Below, piece after piece: positions 34,780 to 34,973 of a DNA stretch of 34,973 nucleotides. Source of the stretch: Phoronis australis (taxonomy: Eukaryota; Animalia; Phoronida). Made by a program: the position numbers and the translations under genes. Each line of letters opens with the position of its first letter. The first letter of the stretch is position 1. The notes beneath the pieces are model-generated. The model had not been told where the DNA came from. It made no database searches and worked only from the letters and a program-made list of their open reading frames with translations. The stretch is taken from assembly GCA_002633005.1 (NCBI GenBank), contig NMRA01000545.1, positions 1-34,973 on the forward strand. Direction: 5' to 3'.

Positions 34780-34885
34780 CCCTTGCAAAATTTAGCCTGG
34801 GGCCGCAGGGTGCCCAGTTACCATGGTGTACCATGAGGAGGTACTGCAAGAGTCTTGATTAGAGGTAGTTAAAGGCCACCAAGGC
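34780..34885 (-). ncRNA. Candidate HDV-like self-cleaving ribozyme in the LINE 5' UTR
   Basis: In HDV order: P2 CUCUUGCA, P3 GUACC, L3 UCCUCAU, P3' GGUAC, P1' ACCAUGGU, P4 CUGGG...CCCAG, J4/2 GCUAAAUUU, P2' UGCAAGGG. Candidate P1 5' strand GCCUUGGU at 34885-34878. Confidence 0.75.
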
Positions 34886-34973
34886 GGGTCTTATATATGC
34901 CTTCCTAATTCGTCTCAGAGGACTAGGTGGTCGTAGAAGCTGAAAGCTAGAAAGTGCAAGCACTAACTACACT

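Larger units (their letters stand above)
30430..34973 (-). mobile_element. Near full-length I-group (Ingi-like) non-LTR retrotransposon with RNase H; 5' end probably beyond the window
   Basis: Single APE-RT-RNase H coding region, long structured 5' UTR, 3' tail of about three (C/T)AGGTATTA repeats at 30430-30455. Inserted into the PLE RT. Confidence 0.85.

Overview
Repeat-saturated eukaryotic (probably invertebrate animal) genomic DNA with no recognisable host protein-coding gene, rRNA, tRNA or CRISPR array. Left part (1-9 kb): decayed transposon remnants, namely a CR1/L2-type RT tail, a Mutator-like MITE with a perfect 9-bp TSD, an ISL2EU-like THAP element and a Tc1/mariner transposase pseudogene. 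At 9.7-11.2 kb, Penelope-like element (PLE) ends flank an assembly gap as an inverted repeat and carry minimal hammerhead ribozymes. 12.0-19.0 kb is a ~7-kb GC-rich 10-bp satellite (GGCCTCCAG[T/G]) that generates all the collagen-like spurious ORFs. 19.4-22.9 kb is a young CR1-group LINE with an uninterrupted APE-RT-CCHC ORF, a poly(A) tail and a perfect 15-bp TSD. 24.3-35.0 kb is a nested cluster: a second PLE (RT thumb, GIY-YIG, U3-A8 variant hammerhead) split by a 5-bp-TSD hAT-like element, a Sola2-like element and an I-group/Ingi-like APE-RT-RNase H LINE whose 5' UTR holds a candidate HDV-like ribozyme. The most interesting signals are RNA-level: two classes of self-cleaving ribozyme in three different retroelements. 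All family assignments come from motif recognition by eye, not from database searches.
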